Counted from the first letter of the stretch, positions 1-9,984 are shown. The stretch: 63,973 nt of DNA from a virus (IMGVR_UViG_3300032305_000764:1-63973); one strand, 5' to 3'. The notes: a model not told the origin generated them from the sequence alone. Translations and numbers: made by a program.

Positions 1-123
1 TGCAACGAACTGCAAAGCAGGAGGAACGATCAACTTACGTGGTTTAGCAGCGATCAACAGGCCGCGCTCGTCAGTCCAAGCAGCGATTTGAATAACGGCG
101 GCTTCCAAAGAAGTCTCGTTCAA
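1..123. repeat. 123-bp terminal direct repeat (left copy), assembly overlap of a circular contig
   Basis: Identical to 63851-63973; falls inside the capsid ORF, which reads through the junction. Confidence 0.95.
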
Positions 124-615
124 GTCGGCAGCAGTGGCTGGACGGTTGCTGTTGGTGCCACCGGAAACCAGTGGGTGAGCGGTGCTGAACAGGGGTACGC
201 CATCGCCGCCAATGTAGTTGGCAGAGAAACCGTTGTTGATAACGGCAGCGGCTTTAACCTGCTTGGTATAGGCCATAGCACGAGCCAAACCTTTGGTGTA
301 ACGAGCAGACAGGCTGTCGTACAGGTTGTCTTCGATTGCCTCTTCGGTAATCGAGAAACCCAAAGCGATGGTTTCGTGGTTATAGCGGGTAGTCCAAGCT
401 TCCTGCGCATTGTCATAAGCAATGGCAGCGCCCTCGTTCTTCACCGGAGCGGCGGAGAAGCCAGACAGCTTGGTTTCTTCTTCAAAGGAACGCTCAGAAG
501 ATTCGGTTTCATAAATTTCTTTATGCTCTTCACCGTAACGAGCGTACTCCATACCAAACAAAGCATTCAAGCCGGGCAGGAGTTCCTTAAGTAGTTGTGC
601 GCGTGAAATTGCCAT
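1..615 (-). CDS. Major capsid protein, 5' part (Mu gpT-like, HK97 fold); continues at 63850-63554, about 303 aa in total
   Basis: Not in the ORF track; ATG at 615 after GGAG gives MAISRAQLLKELLPGLNALFGMEY...; joins in frame with the 63554-63973 ORF. Confidence 0.9.
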   Translation of the reverse strand, partial: MAISRAQLLKELLPGLNALFGMEYARYGEEHKEIYETESSERSFEEETKLSGFSAAPVKNEGAAIAYDNAQEAWTTRYNHETIALGFSITEEAIEDNLYDSLSARYTKGLARAMAYTKQVKAAAVINNGFSANYIGGDGVPLFSTAHPLVSGGTNSNRPATAADLNETSLEAAVIQIAAWTDERGLLIAAKPRKLIVPPALQFVA

Positions 616-628
616 TTTTAGTTACTCC

Positions 629-1459
629 TTAAGCAATGCTGGTGGCAGCGTAATACTGGTGTTGACCGAAGTTCAACTTAACCAGCAACTCTGGGAACTG
701 GTTAAACACAAGCGTAGAGCTGGCAGCAAAAGCGGCCACAGGAGCTTGGTTCAACACAACGGAGGTAGCGCCAGCAGCGGCTGCGGTAGCAACAAACGAG
801 CCTGATGGGATGTACTGACCGTTAGCAGCCAACGAACCCACATCTGTACCTACGGGCAATGCGAAAGGCAAGGCCGAGCAAGTGATGGTGGCGGTAGAGA
901 TGCTAGAGAAAGTAGCAGTACCCAAAGCCACTTCGGTATCAGGCACGAGGCCCAAAACACGCACAGGCAGGGCGTCGGTTGTAGCTGGAGTAGCGCTAGG
1001 AGCCAACAAAGCGTTAGCAGAGTTGCCGGTATTCACGTTACCAGTGTTGTTGATCATAGCCAAGTTTTGGCCGATCATGGCGCGAGCGCCACCAGCAACA
1101 ACGGTAGTAGCAGAACACACAACAGCTTTAAACACGGTGTCGGGATCATCGCAAACGATAGCAACAGCGTCACCAGCCAGCGTAGAAGCGGGCCAGTACT
1201 GAGCAAATTGCTTTTGCTTGGTCAGAGGGTTGGTGTAAGAACAACCCAAGAACACACCTGTTACGGTGCCGAGAGTACCAGTAGTAACAGACAAACGCTG
1301 CACATTACCACGAGACAAACCAACGATGTCGCCGTAGAAAATGTTAGTCGAATATCCGTAGGGGATATCGTATTCACGAGTAGAACCCGCAAATACCTGT
1401 CCACCGATCAAATTGATCGGTTTTAGCCCGTATGGGGCATTGATAACGGGATAAGCCAT
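629..1459 (-). CDS. Conserved virion protein, possible head decoration/cement protein
   Basis: 276 aa, beta-rich, directly upstream of the capsid gene. Confidence 0.55.
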   Translation of the reverse strand: MAYPVINAPYGLKPINLIGGQVFAGSTREYDIPYGYSTNIFYGDIVGLSRGNVQRLSVTTGTLGTVTGVFLGCSYTNPLTKQKQFAQYWPASTLAGDAVAIVCDDPDTVFKAVVCSATTVVAGGARAMIGQNLAMINNTGNVNTGNSANALLAPSATPATTDALPVRVLGLVPDTEVALGTATFSSISTATITCSALPFALPVGTDVGSLAANGQYIPSGSFVATAAAAGATSVVLNQAPVAAFAASSTLVFNQFPELLVKLNFGQHQYYAATSIA

Positions 1460-1473
1460 ATAAGACTCCTTAT

Positions 1474-1944
1474 TTATTTAGAACCAGAACCGAAAGTCAC
1501 CTCTGTAGATCGTTCCGAAAACTTTCTCATGTGAGGATGATTTTCACGCATATAGTTTTGATCAACAGACTCCATCTGAGCTTGATTTTGCTTAGCGAAG
1601 TATTCTTCGCGCTGCTTCAAGTACTCTTCTGGAATTCTGCACAGTAGCAGACCTCCAATTTCAATACCGCCTTTAAACTGGCCGTCTGAGACCGGATTGG
1701 TCATTAACTCGGGGTAGTCTTCGGCCTTCACAGGCTCGTATCCCTCCCTGAGTTTCGATGAGATGTTTCTGGCATCTGATTGCCCCAAAGATTCCACACG
1801 TATATACCGATGTTTCCAACCCGGACGTTCATCCGGCATGGGCAACGTATCGGGAAGTCTCCACGATTCAATGCGTTTAAACGATGCTTCGCGGGTCTCT
1901 TGTGTACGTGCGTCGCGCTTTTGTGCTTTAAGATCTTCCATCAT
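1474..1944 (-). CDS. Hypothetical head-module protein
   Basis: 156 aa, overlaps the stop of the upstream gene. Confidence 0.6.
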   Translation of the reverse strand: MMEDLKAQKRDARTQETREASFKRIESWRLPDTLPMPDERPGWKHRYIRVESLGQSDARNISSKLREGYEPVKAEDYPELMTNPVSDGQFKGGIEIGGLLLCRIPEEYLKQREEYFAKQNQAQMESVDQNYMRENHPHMRKFSERSTEVTFGSGSK

Positions 1945-2906
1945 TCACCTCTATTAAGAATTGCTACCTGTTTTGCGTATTCCTCTGTCGATATCCCAAG
2001 CTTGCGAGCTAACGCAACTTGTGAAGCTTTCAGTTTGACACGATTAGGCGGGGTGCTTCGTGTTGCGGGCGCAACTACAGAAGCTGACTTTGCTCGGCGC
2101 GATGATTCTTCATCATCCGCTGGTCTGGCCCTTTTTGGTTCAGGGGGGTCATCCTGTTCGCTCTGAGTGTCAAAGTACTCAGGAAACCTTTTGCGCATAA
2201 CGCCGTCGATAGTTTTGAAATACTCATCACTGCCGACATAGTCGGCACCATACTCTTTTTGCAGCTTTTTGTCAAGCCCCATTGCAAGCATAGTCATCTC
2301 GTCGTCAGATCCAAACCAATCTGAGTTGTCTTTGACCCATTTTTGGGTTTTGGGACTTATTCTTTGCTCGGGTTGGCGCTCAGGAATTCTAAAATTATCC
2401 TGAACTTCTACCGGCCTCATGGTGCTTGCGCGATCCATTTCAAGCGCGGCTTGGGTAATTTCCCTTTGGGCGGTGGCTAATTTCTCTCCGTCACCCTGTT
2501 CAAAGGCTTCTTTCAACCTTTTTTCCGCAGCTTCCATTTTGATCTGCGCGGAGGATTTGGAGTTTTCAATTAGAACTTCGCTGCCAAATTTGATTTGCTC
2601 TTTGAGTTTTTTGTTTTCCTCATAAACTGCTCGGGCAAAATCTTCTGCGGCCAACCGTTCTTTTTCGGCGATTTCACGGGCGTTTTTAGCTTCGTGGTAA
2701 CCGTCCGCAAACTTTTTCATGCGGCGCTGAACGCGAGAGCCGTAGTCTTTTAGCTCATCGTCAGATGGCTCTACATCTTTTTCATCGACAGTATTCTGTC
2801 GAGCAGGAGGAAGATCGTTTTCTATTTCAATATCGATCTCTGGTTTTTCGACGGTTTCCACTTCATCTGGAAATTTAAATTCGTCGCCTTTGAATTCTGT
2901 AGTCAT
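1941..2906 (-). CDS. Putative scaffolding protein
   Basis: Acidic N-terminus, long coiled coil, C-terminal helix pair (QVALARKLGISTEEYAKQ); lies between portal and capsid genes. Confidence 0.6.
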   Translation of the reverse strand: MTTEFKGDEFKFPDEVETVEKPEIDIEIENDLPPARQNTVDEKDVEPSDDELKDYGSRVQRRMKKFADGYHEAKNAREIAEKERLAAEDFARAVYEENKKLKEQIKFGSEVLIENSKSSAQIKMEAAEKRLKEAFEQGDGEKLATAQREITQAALEMDRASTMRPVEVQDNFRIPERQPEQRISPKTQKWVKDNSDWFGSDDEMTMLAMGLDKKLQKEYGADYVGSDEYFKTIDGVMRKRFPEYFDTQSEQDDPPEPKRARPADDEESSRRAKSASVVAPATRSTPPNRVKLKASQVALARKLGISTEEYAKQVAILNRGE

Positions 2907-2915
2907 AGTTCCTCC

Positions 2916-3329
2916 TTATGCTGCGCGGGCGATTGCGCGTGGATCTTCAACAACCGCATCCACCGAATCATCATTAATGATTCTGAATTCGCGGCCATGA
3001 ATCTTTAGGCGGGTGCCCGAGTTTGGACGAACAATGACAAAGTCGCCCTCTTTACAGGACGGGCCGCTTGGGAAGCGGGTTTTGTCTTTATAACAATCCG
3101 GGCCAAGCTTGACGACAAAAAGCACTGGGGTCAGCACCTCTTCGTAATGCATGGTTTGGGTTGGTTTAATTAACGAACTATCCGCAAACTCTTCCATCGC
3201 TTCGGGTACGACCGTCAGGATGTGGTAAGTTTTTGGGTCTGGCAATTGTTTTGCCTTTTCCACCGCCTCTTGATTGAGAACGTTGGACAGATCGACCGCT
3301 AGGCCGAGGTTTACTTCACTCATCGTCAT
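2916..3329 (-). CDS. GroES/Cpn10-like co-chaperonin
   Basis: LPDPKTYHIL...VVKLGP...KEGDFVIV...GTRLKIHGREFRIINDDSVDAVV matches the GroES pattern. Confidence 0.8.
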   Translation of the reverse strand: MTMSEVNLGLAVDLSNVLNQEAVEKAKQLPDPKTYHILTVVPEAMEEFADSSLIKPTQTMHYEEVLTPVLFVVKLGPDCYKDKTRFPSGPSCKEGDFVIVRPNSGTRLKIHGREFRIINDDSVDAVVEDPRAIARAA

Positions 3330-3513
3330 GCTCCAGTTTCTTCACAAGGTCGTTAATTAACTCTATAGCGATGCCAAGACCTTGGAGCACACCGCATAGG
3401 CTTTTGTACTCAGCAAAGTCTTTCGCAGAACCGCGAGAGCACGCGAGTTCATACGTTTTTCTTTGCTGGGATAATTCATTGACCAAATGGTTCAATAGTT
3501 GCGTCTCGTTCAA
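3316..3513 (-). CDS. Small hypothetical protein
   Basis: 65 aa, helical, coupled to portal and GroES genes. Confidence 0.65.
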   Translation of the reverse strand: MNETQLLNHLVNELSQQRKTYELACSRGSAKDFAEYKSLCGVLQGLGIAIELINDLVKKLEHDDE

Positions 3514-5963
3514 GTTTTCTCCTTCTTGGGTTGAAATCTCTGCTGGGTTGATTGAGCTTTATGCTTGGCAATATCAATACCCAGCTTGGCTCCCTCAAAC
3601 TCCATTTGGTTTTTGAGCTTGTCTTTTGCCGCTGCGGCTGTGGCTGCGACTTGCATGGCTGCAATTTCCTTCTGGGCCTCAATACGGGATTCTTCAACTC
3701 GGATCCGGTCTGCTTTTTCGGCTGCCTCAATTTGCTGTTTCTGCATTTTGAGTTGCAGCTCCTGCTGTTTAAGCTGGAGTTCTTGCATTTGCATCTGGAC
3801 AACGGGATCCTGCATTTGCTGTTGGGCAGCTTGTTGTTGGGCCTGTTGTTGATCCCTTTGAAGAAGCTGCTGAGAAGCTTGTGCGGCTTTGATTGCGATT
3901 TGTTCCGCAACTTCATGTGGGACATGTTTGTTGTTTTCCTCGTCAGGAATAATCAAGCCCATCTCCTCTTGCACTTGCCTGCGGTATTCCAAAGCAATGT
4001 GTTCGTTGATATGGGTCATCGCCGCAGCCATAATTGCTTGAGCTTGCGGGTTCATCTGCATCAATTGCTGGATCTTGGGATTTTGGATAGCAGACATGTG
4101 AACCTGAATGTGAGCTTGGTGGTTTTGCTCAATAAAGGCTTTTACAGGCTTACCCGTAAGCACATTCTGGTTCTCTGTGATTGGGTCGGTTGGAACCATG
4201 TCATCTTCAATTGGAACCAATTTAGATGCGTTTTTGATCCCCAATACCTCAATCATCTGCCTGTGAAGTAGTGGCATGTCATAAAATTGGGGAGAGGACT
4301 GCGCCAACTGGAAGACGGCTTGGTACTGAACAATCTTTTGGGCCATCGTGGCAGCGTTAGGATCGCTGACGGGGATGACATCAACCAAGTTGTAATCGCT
4401 CTGTCTGGCTTTGCGACTTCCGGCTTCTGGCTCGTAGTCGTACTCCGTAGGGGCATAGTCGGCAATGATGGCTTTGAGCAGTTTAAACTCTTGCTTCATG
4501 CTGAAATGCATACGGGCCTGAACTGCGCCCATCACCTTCAGAGTTCTTTCCAAGATAGCCAAAGTCGTCCCCACGGGGGCTTGGCTTGACATGTCGGAAA
4601 CCTTCATATCCCCAGCCGAAGCAAACTGCCTTCCCTCTTGAACAATGTTTTGGAACAAAGCAAACAACACTTGGCTTGGTTCTTTGTACGGAAGTGGTAA
4701 AATGTTGTCACGGATCGATCCAGAAGGCACATCTACGTCCCTAAATTCCCCGGGCTGTATAGGCGTGTCGTCTCCCTTGATCCTCAAGCCCCTAGCTTTC
4801 AACCCGCCGGGCAGGTTGCTCAAGGTTCCTGCGTCCACCAACTGGCGAATCAGCATCGTGGCGGACTTTGCATATCCACCAATTAGGTGAATCAATCCAT
4901 ACCCATAGAACCCAAAACCGGGGATGTACTGGTAATGGACAAAATGTTGACGCTTTAGATGCAACTTGTCTTCTTCGTACCAATTCCTCCGAACGGCTAG
5001 GATGGTTCGGGTTCCCTTTTCGATGGTGACAACATAAGGTAGAGCGATACCTGTCACTTCCCCCTTTTTGTTTTTGTGCTCAAAACCTTTGAGGTTGATG
5101 TCCACATGCATCTCTAGGATGCGGTAGCGATCATCTTGAATAGCAGAAACGCCCATCTCCTCGGCTTTCTGTTTTTCGATGTCATCTAATTGATGGTAGG
5201 GCTCACCCAAGTCCACATCTAGGTAGAAACCCCCCTCTTGGAGCTTACGGATTTCGTTTTCATTTTTGCGCATGACATGGGTAACACGGGGAGAACTCTC
5301 AATCTCTGACTCACCATACGGAACCACGATGTCTTCTGCCGGGATAAAGACGGCTTTTTGTCTGCCCAAGTTGGGATCAAAGTAGATCTTTTTAAAAGCT
5401 GAACCTGAAATAGGCAGATTCCAAAGAAGCTTTTCATGCTCCGGGCGGTATTCCGACATCACCTCAGTCAACTGGAAGTTCATATCCTCCCGAACACGGG
5501 ATGCGGCTTCTTCAACTTCTGGAGTGTCTTTGCCAATAATGTGGGTTTTGACCGGCCCGGCAGCGGGGAAGGTCTCCATAATCCCTTCTGACTGGAACCT
5601 TACAACAGACTCCGTCAGCATAGGGTGAAACACTCCGCAGGCTCCCTGCCAAGGTTCTGTTCTCTCTTCATATCGCAGACCCAAAAGCTTTAAACCTTCT
5701 ACATAGGTTTGCATCCACTCCTTGCGATCCATGACATCTTTGTCAAAATCCTCAACCAAGTCTTCGGCAAGGCTTTGCAATTCGGATTCATCAATGTATT
5801 CGGCCAGATTGGCATCAAAATCTTCCTCGGTTTCGGGTGCCGGAGAAAGATCGATTTCCAAATCACCGATCCCAATGATGACCTCATCTGGGTTTTCGAT
5901 TTCTATCTCGATGGGTTCTGCCTGCAAACCGACCGGTGCTTGGTACAAAGATTTTTCTAACAT
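3510..5963 (-). CDS. Portal protein (P22-like, with Q-rich C-terminal barrel)
   Basis: 817 aa; downstream of TerL; GFGFYGYGLIHLIGG and GTLSNLPGGLK motifs; long C-terminal coiled coil. Confidence 0.85.
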   Translation of the reverse strand: MLEKSLYQAPVGLQAEPIEIEIENPDEVIIGIGDLEIDLSPAPETEEDFDANLAEYIDESELQSLAEDLVEDFDKDVMDRKEWMQTYVEGLKLLGLRYEERTEPWQGACGVFHPMLTESVVRFQSEGIMETFPAAGPVKTHIIGKDTPEVEEAASRVREDMNFQLTEVMSEYRPEHEKLLWNLPISGSAFKKIYFDPNLGRQKAVFIPAEDIVVPYGESEIESSPRVTHVMRKNENEIRKLQEGGFYLDVDLGEPYHQLDDIEKQKAEEMGVSAIQDDRYRILEMHVDINLKGFEHKNKKGEVTGIALPYVVTIEKGTRTILAVRRNWYEEDKLHLKRQHFVHYQYIPGFGFYGYGLIHLIGGYAKSATMLIRQLVDAGTLSNLPGGLKARGLRIKGDDTPIQPGEFRDVDVPSGSIRDNILPLPYKEPSQVLFALFQNIVQEGRQFASAGDMKVSDMSSQAPVGTTLAILERTLKVMGAVQARMHFSMKQEFKLLKAIIADYAPTEYDYEPEAGSRKARQSDYNLVDVIPVSDPNAATMAQKIVQYQAVFQLAQSSPQFYDMPLLHRQMIEVLGIKNASKLVPIEDDMVPTDPITENQNVLTGKPVKAFIEQNHQAHIQVHMSAIQNPKIQQLMQMNPQAQAIMAAAMTHINEHIALEYRRQVQEEMGLIIPDEENNKHVPHEVAEQIAIKAAQASQQLLQRDQQQAQQQAAQQQMQDPVVQMQMQELQLKQQELQLKMQKQQIEAAEKADRIRVEESRIEAQKEIAAMQVAATAAAAKDKLKNQMEFEGAKLGIDIAKHKAQSTQQRFQPKKEKT

Positions 5964-5971
5964 GTTGTTTC

Positions 5972-6520
5972 CTATCTAAATGCGGGGCCCATAGCCCAAG
6001 TGACTGCCGAATACCTAACGCCCCAAGTTACAGGGGTTACCCTATGTTCCAGAAACGAGGGAAACACCACAATGCTCCCCCGCTTGGTCAAAATGTTTTT
6101 ACTATCCACACCTTTAATCTGTAACTCGCCACCTTCAAACTCCGCAGGATCGTTCAACAAAATACTGATAGACAGTTTGCGCTGCATACCTTCTTCTGGT
6201 TCCGTCCCGTCTATATGCCAGTCATAGTGACCGCCGTCCTCAGCCAGATATCTACTTAGCTGCATCTCTTGCAGATAACTCAAAACAAAATTCCACTCTG
6301 CCTTCACGTTGGTGTCGGAGATGTAGGTCTGAGCAACACAGCCAATAGGCGAATATTTGCTCTGCCAAACCACGTCTGTGATCCTCGTCTCCGGCTCTTT
6401 TGTGGTGTTAGTCGCCACAAGCCCATCCTCATGCTTGTCCCAATCCACGCTGTTGATAACAAAATCACAGAAATCTAGGGTCAACTCGGATTCATAAAGC
6501 CAGCATTTGTTCTTAATCAT
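5972..6520 (-). CDS. 2OG-Fe(II) dioxygenase (prolyl-hydroxylase/PKHD-like)
   Basis: YDWHID (HxD), RKLSISILLND, FEGGEL, FPSFLEHRVTPV, RYSAV. Confidence 0.9.
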   Translation of the reverse strand: MIKNKCWLYESELTLDFCDFVINSVDWDKHEDGLVATNTTKEPETRITDVVWQSKYSPIGCVAQTYISDTNVKAEWNFVLSYLQEMQLSRYLAEDGGHYDWHIDGTEPEEGMQRKLSISILLNDPAEFEGGELQIKGVDSKNILTKRGSIVVFPSFLEHRVTPVTWGVRYSAVTWAMGPAFR

Positions 6521-6533
6521 CGTTGCTGATTCC

Positions 6534-7196
6534 CTAAATAAGTTTCCAATTGCCTTGGCTATAAGAGCTTGGCATCTGTATAGCCCCTCCCGCCGCCATC
6601 TTTAGCGGGTTTAGGCTGTGTTGAATTGTGTCTTGGCCCGGGCGAAAGCCGCCGCCGCCAATTGGTATAGGTAATGACCGCGATGGACTTGCGCCTTTGG
6701 GAATAACTTCTGTGATTTGATTACCAAAATGAATGTTGCGAGCCTTGCTTCCCTTGGGGCTTTCTGAACTTCCGTAAATTTCAACAGGATGCAGGCCCAC
6801 ATCTGGTTTTAATGAGACCGGGATCCGGGACACCGTTTCGCCAGCTTTTCTGTTTATCTCGGGGCCGTACTTGGATTTGGGAACATAGTGGTCTTCTGCC
6901 ATTTGAACCAAGGCATAGCCAGTAAACTTACCGTCTTTAATTTCCGGCGTCAGTCGTGTTGCCGTGGATTCATCTTGTAACCATGATCCAACCGCAGTTG
7001 CAGCCTTTGGATCCATGTACAAAGTTTTGGTAGATGCTGGCTGAATTCCGGTTGATGTATCGGTATGATTCGCACCGCTGCGATTGCGGATGGTGGTGCT
7101 GTTGGGCATGTGTGCATACGTAGAGCCACGGGATGTTCTGAACATATATTCAACATCCGGCATATCCCCAAAAACATCGTAGTTCATTTTGTCCAT
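6534..7196 (-). CDS. Hypothetical protein with C-terminal KMAAGG tag
   Basis: 220 aa; ends ...LKMAAGGAIQMPSSYSQGNWKLI. Confidence 0.7.
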   Translation of the reverse strand: MDKMNYDVFGDMPDVEYMFRTSRGSTYAHMPNSTTIRNRSGANHTDTSTGIQPASTKTLYMDPKAATAVGSWLQDESTATRLTPEIKDGKFTGYALVQMAEDHYVPKSKYGPEINRKAGETVSRIPVSLKPDVGLHPVEIYGSSESPKGSKARNIHFGNQITEVIPKGASPSRSLPIPIGGGGFRPGQDTIQHSLNPLKMAAGGAIQMPSSYSQGNWKLI

Positions 7197-7204
7197 ATGA
7201 TTCC

Positions 7205-8716
7205 TTAAACCGTGTAATACCTTTCAGATCTGCGTCCTTTGAAAATTGCAGGCTCGTCCGGCTCATCACTAGGGAGAGTGACTAAACCCCCTCGCCTAAA
7301 TCTCAAAATGGCCTGCGATGTCGAGTCAACCAAGTCATCATGGTCTCCGTTAGGGAAGGAGGCGCATTCATCCATCAACTCATCTGCCCACCTTGTGTCC
7401 GGGCACCAGACCAAACCAGACTCAAACAACGGCGCAGCAGCGTTTACACGCGCGATCTTATCGCTTCCCTTGCTGGGTGTATATTCCTGAATGGGAACAC
7501 CTATCGCCTTAAGCTCATAGATCAAGGGCGCTCCAGCGGCCTTCTTCTCAATCAGGACTAGATCGGGATTCCAGTCCTTGTAGTACCGAAGAGCGGTTTC
7601 CTTCAGTTCCGGGAACTCCATCCTCGCTTTAAACGAGTCTAGACAGATGATGTTGGCCTTGTAATTCCCCAAATCATCTGGATGTTGGAACACGCCCCAG
7701 ATGGTTAGGGCGGAATAGTCGGCACGATTGTTCTTTTCAAAGGCCGTGTCCCAAGATTGGATGATAAAATCGCATTGAGGAGGGCGATCTTCTTGCCAAA
7801 TTCTCCAATGCTCTCGCTTGATAATCGCCCCTTCCTCTGATGTGGGGTTTTGTTGGTACTGCGCATTCCATTTAGAGGTTGGAATCTCAGCCTTAATCGC
7901 TTCAAGCTCTTCTCTCTTCCAAAATCCGGGCCAAAGAGGGGTTCCTGACGGCAAAATCGCCGGGAATTCAATCACTTCCCAGCCATCTACGCCCTCTTTC
8001 TCGCTGTTTTTAAGAATTTGGCCTGTTAAATCTCTCTTAGCCCATCGGGTCATCACAATAATGATGCTCCCGCCCGGCTGTAAACGCTGCCTAGGCCCCG
8101 ATGTGTACCATTCATACACATTGTCATAGACTGCGGGATTGTTCTGCTTAGCTTCCTGCTCAGAATGCGGGTCATCAATGATCAAAAGATCTGCGCCCTT
8201 ACCAGTTACCGCTCCGCCGACACCAATAGCGAAGTAGTCACCTCCGGCGTTTGTGTTCCACCGCCCGGCAGCCTTAGAATCCGACGACAACTTGGTATCA
8301 AACACCTTCTCATACACGGGAGACTGGACAAGATTCCTAACTTTACGGCCAAAACCAACAGCCAACTCTGCGGTGTGTGCAGTCTGAATGATCTTCTTAC
8401 TGGGATGTATTCCCAAAAACCACGCAGGAAGCAAATAAGACGCAAACTCTGACTTGGTATGCCTAGGAGGCATGTTGATGATCAATCTCCTCAACTCTCC
8501 CTTAGCCACACGCTCAAACGCATCTGCCATGATCTGATGGTGTTTACCCGAAATAAACCCATCCCACATCTGTGACACAAAAAAGATAAAGGATTCATGG
8601 CATCTCTCCACCTTATCCAACTCCAACAACTGTTGGATCTTTCTGCGCTCATCCAGACCCACCATAGGGATCAAGGACTCATAGTCGGCAATCTCCTGCT
8701 TCGTTAGGAGCGTCAT
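7205..8716 (-). CDS. terL: Terminase large subunit
   Basis: Walker A INMPPRHTKSE, Walker B LLIIDD, nuclease SWDTA and HDDLVDS; start placed at the ATGA overlap at 8716. Confidence 0.95.
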   Translation of the reverse strand: MTLLTKQEIADYESLIPMVGLDERRKIQQLLELDKVERCHESFIFFVSQMWDGFISGKHHQIMADAFERVAKGELRRLIINMPPRHTKSEFASYLLPAWFLGIHPSKKIIQTAHTAELAVGFGRKVRNLVQSPVYEKVFDTKLSSDSKAAGRWNTNAGGDYFAIGVGGAVTGKGADLLIIDDPHSEQEAKQNNPAVYDNVYEWYTSGPRQRLQPGGSIIIVMTRWAKRDLTGQILKNSEKEGVDGWEVIEFPAILPSGTPLWPGFWKREELEAIKAEIPTSKWNAQYQQNPTSEEGAIIKREHWRIWQEDRPPQCDFIIQSWDTAFEKNNRADYSALTIWGVFQHPDDLGNYKANIICLDSFKARMEFPELKETALRYYKDWNPDLVLIEKKAAGAPLIYELKAIGVPIQEYTPSKGSDKIARVNAAAPLFESGLVWCPDTRWADELMDECASFPNGDHDDLVDSTSQAILRFRRGGLVTLPSDEPDEPAIFKGRRSERYYTV

Positions 8717-8937
8717 AGACCCAGATCCTCGGTCTTCTTCACAATCCGAATGGAGTTGCATTTATGGGGCTTGATGGTCAACAAGCCCTGATCCTGTAAT
8801 ACATGGATTACACGATGAACGTTGGACTTCGACTTCAACCCTATCCCACGGGCTATTACCGAGTAGGAAGGAGCCACCCCATGAATCTTCATGTAAGCCT
8901 TAATGAACTCAAAAATCAGTTTGTGTTTATCTGACAT
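8713..8937 (-). CDS. LexA-type winged-HTH DNA-binding protein (no protease domain)
   Basis: IFEFIKAYMKIHGVAPSYSVIARGIGLKSKSNVHRVIHVLQDQGLL resembles the LexA N-terminal domain. Confidence 0.8.
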   Translation of the reverse strand: MSDKHKLIFEFIKAYMKIHGVAPSYSVIARGIGLKSKSNVHRVIHVLQDQGLLTIKPHKCNSIRIVKKTEDLGL

Positions 8938-8990
8938 GATGCGAGTTTAAACGTAATTGTGAACGTTCGCAAGCGTTTAAATGTGAAAAT

Positions 8991-9141
8991 ATATAGGGGG
9001 GGGTGTTTTCTAAAAATTTATATAGGGGGGGGTGGTTTAGGAATGCGAACGTTCACAGAAGATAGGGGGAACATAATTGGGTGAGTGGAATACAGTGCAG
9101 GTCGGGGGAGGGGGCCCCAACTGGAATATGGGGGGTAGGGG
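8991..9141 (+). repeat. G-tract cluster with tandem ATATAGGGGGGGGTG repeats
   Basis: 15-mer at 8991-9005 and 9020-9034; seven G runs of 4 or more within 150 bp. Confidence 0.85.
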
Positions 9142-9312
9142 TGTCGCCCACGCCATCCCCGCCACTAGCAAGCCCACTCCCGCACCAGCGATGACCGTAG
9201 AGGCGGCGCGTTTACACGCTAGTGACGCTGGTTTACACACCACACACACACCATCAGCGCATGACGCTATGCATACGTGCTGGTGCATACATACATAGGT
9301 CACATACATACA

Positions 9313-9984
9313 TCAGACATTCACCACATCAGCCTCAATGACCTGAGTGCGAGTGAGTGGTCTTACGTTGTTGAGTAGGCGTAGATGCCCTGCTAGATCA
9401 CGCTTCAACTGGTCAGCACTTAGGCTGGTGTCTTCAGTCTTCTCTTCAGTCTTGTTGAACATGCCGACAGACTTGCCCATGAGTTCGAGAGCCTTGAGAC
9501 GTGAGCCCTCCTGTTTGCCTGACTTAGCATAGTGCAGCAACTGCTTTAGTACGAATCGTTTCGTGGCAGCCGTGTCTTCTGCGAGCGCCTCGACTGTCTC
9601 ACCCCAATGCTCTTGGAGCATAGATTGGATCCTGAGATCTTGGCTCAGCCTCCATGCATTTGACTTGATCACCTGTGGTTTTGCCTGTGCATCAGGGTAT
9701 GCGTCTCGGTATGCTTGTTCCTGTGTTTTTCCCTCTATGAGCCCTCTTGCAAAGTGGTATTGTTTTGGTGTCAGAGGTCTCTGCCTTTCAGTCCCTACAG
9801 GCTTACCATCTACTCGCATCCTAGGTGGCTCTGCGTGAGCAGCCAACCGTTCCGCTTCGCTATCGACCTCGGGCGAATCATGGTCTTGATCCAACCCCTC
9901 TTGGTCGTCCGCCTCAAGTGCTGCCAAGTACTCATCGCGTGACATCTTGCCCTGTCCACTATCCTGTACTGTACGTATACCCAT
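9313..9984 (-). CDS. terS: Terminase small subunit (true start may be 9945)
   Basis: LTPKQYHFARGLIEGKTQEQAYRDAY...AWRL...RLKALELMGKSVGMF, typical of TerS. Confidence 0.8.
   Translation of the reverse strand: MGIRTVQDSGQGKMSRDEYLAALEADDQEGLDQDHDSPEVDSEAERLAAHAEPPRMRVDGKPVGTERQRPLTPKQYHFARGLIEGKTQEQAYRDAYPDAQAKPQVIKSNAWRLSQDLRIQSMLQEHWGETVEALAEDTAATKRFVLKQLLHYAKSGKQEGSRLKALELMGKSVGMFNKTEEKTEDTSLSADQLKRDLAGHLRLLNNVRPLTRTQVIEADVVNV

Noticed and set aside
1-123. Biological direct terminal repeat
   Set aside because: It interrupts the capsid gene mid-frame and has a k-mer-like length, so it is best explained as an assembly overlap
88-594. ORFs 88-594 (+) and 120-422 (-)
   Set aside because: Antisense or off-frame shadows of the capsid gene; the same applies to most short ORFs overlapping the large genes
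9037-9309. ORFs across the G-rich and CA-rich tract
   Set aside because: Low-complexity translation with no convincing ribosome-binding site; the region looks non-coding
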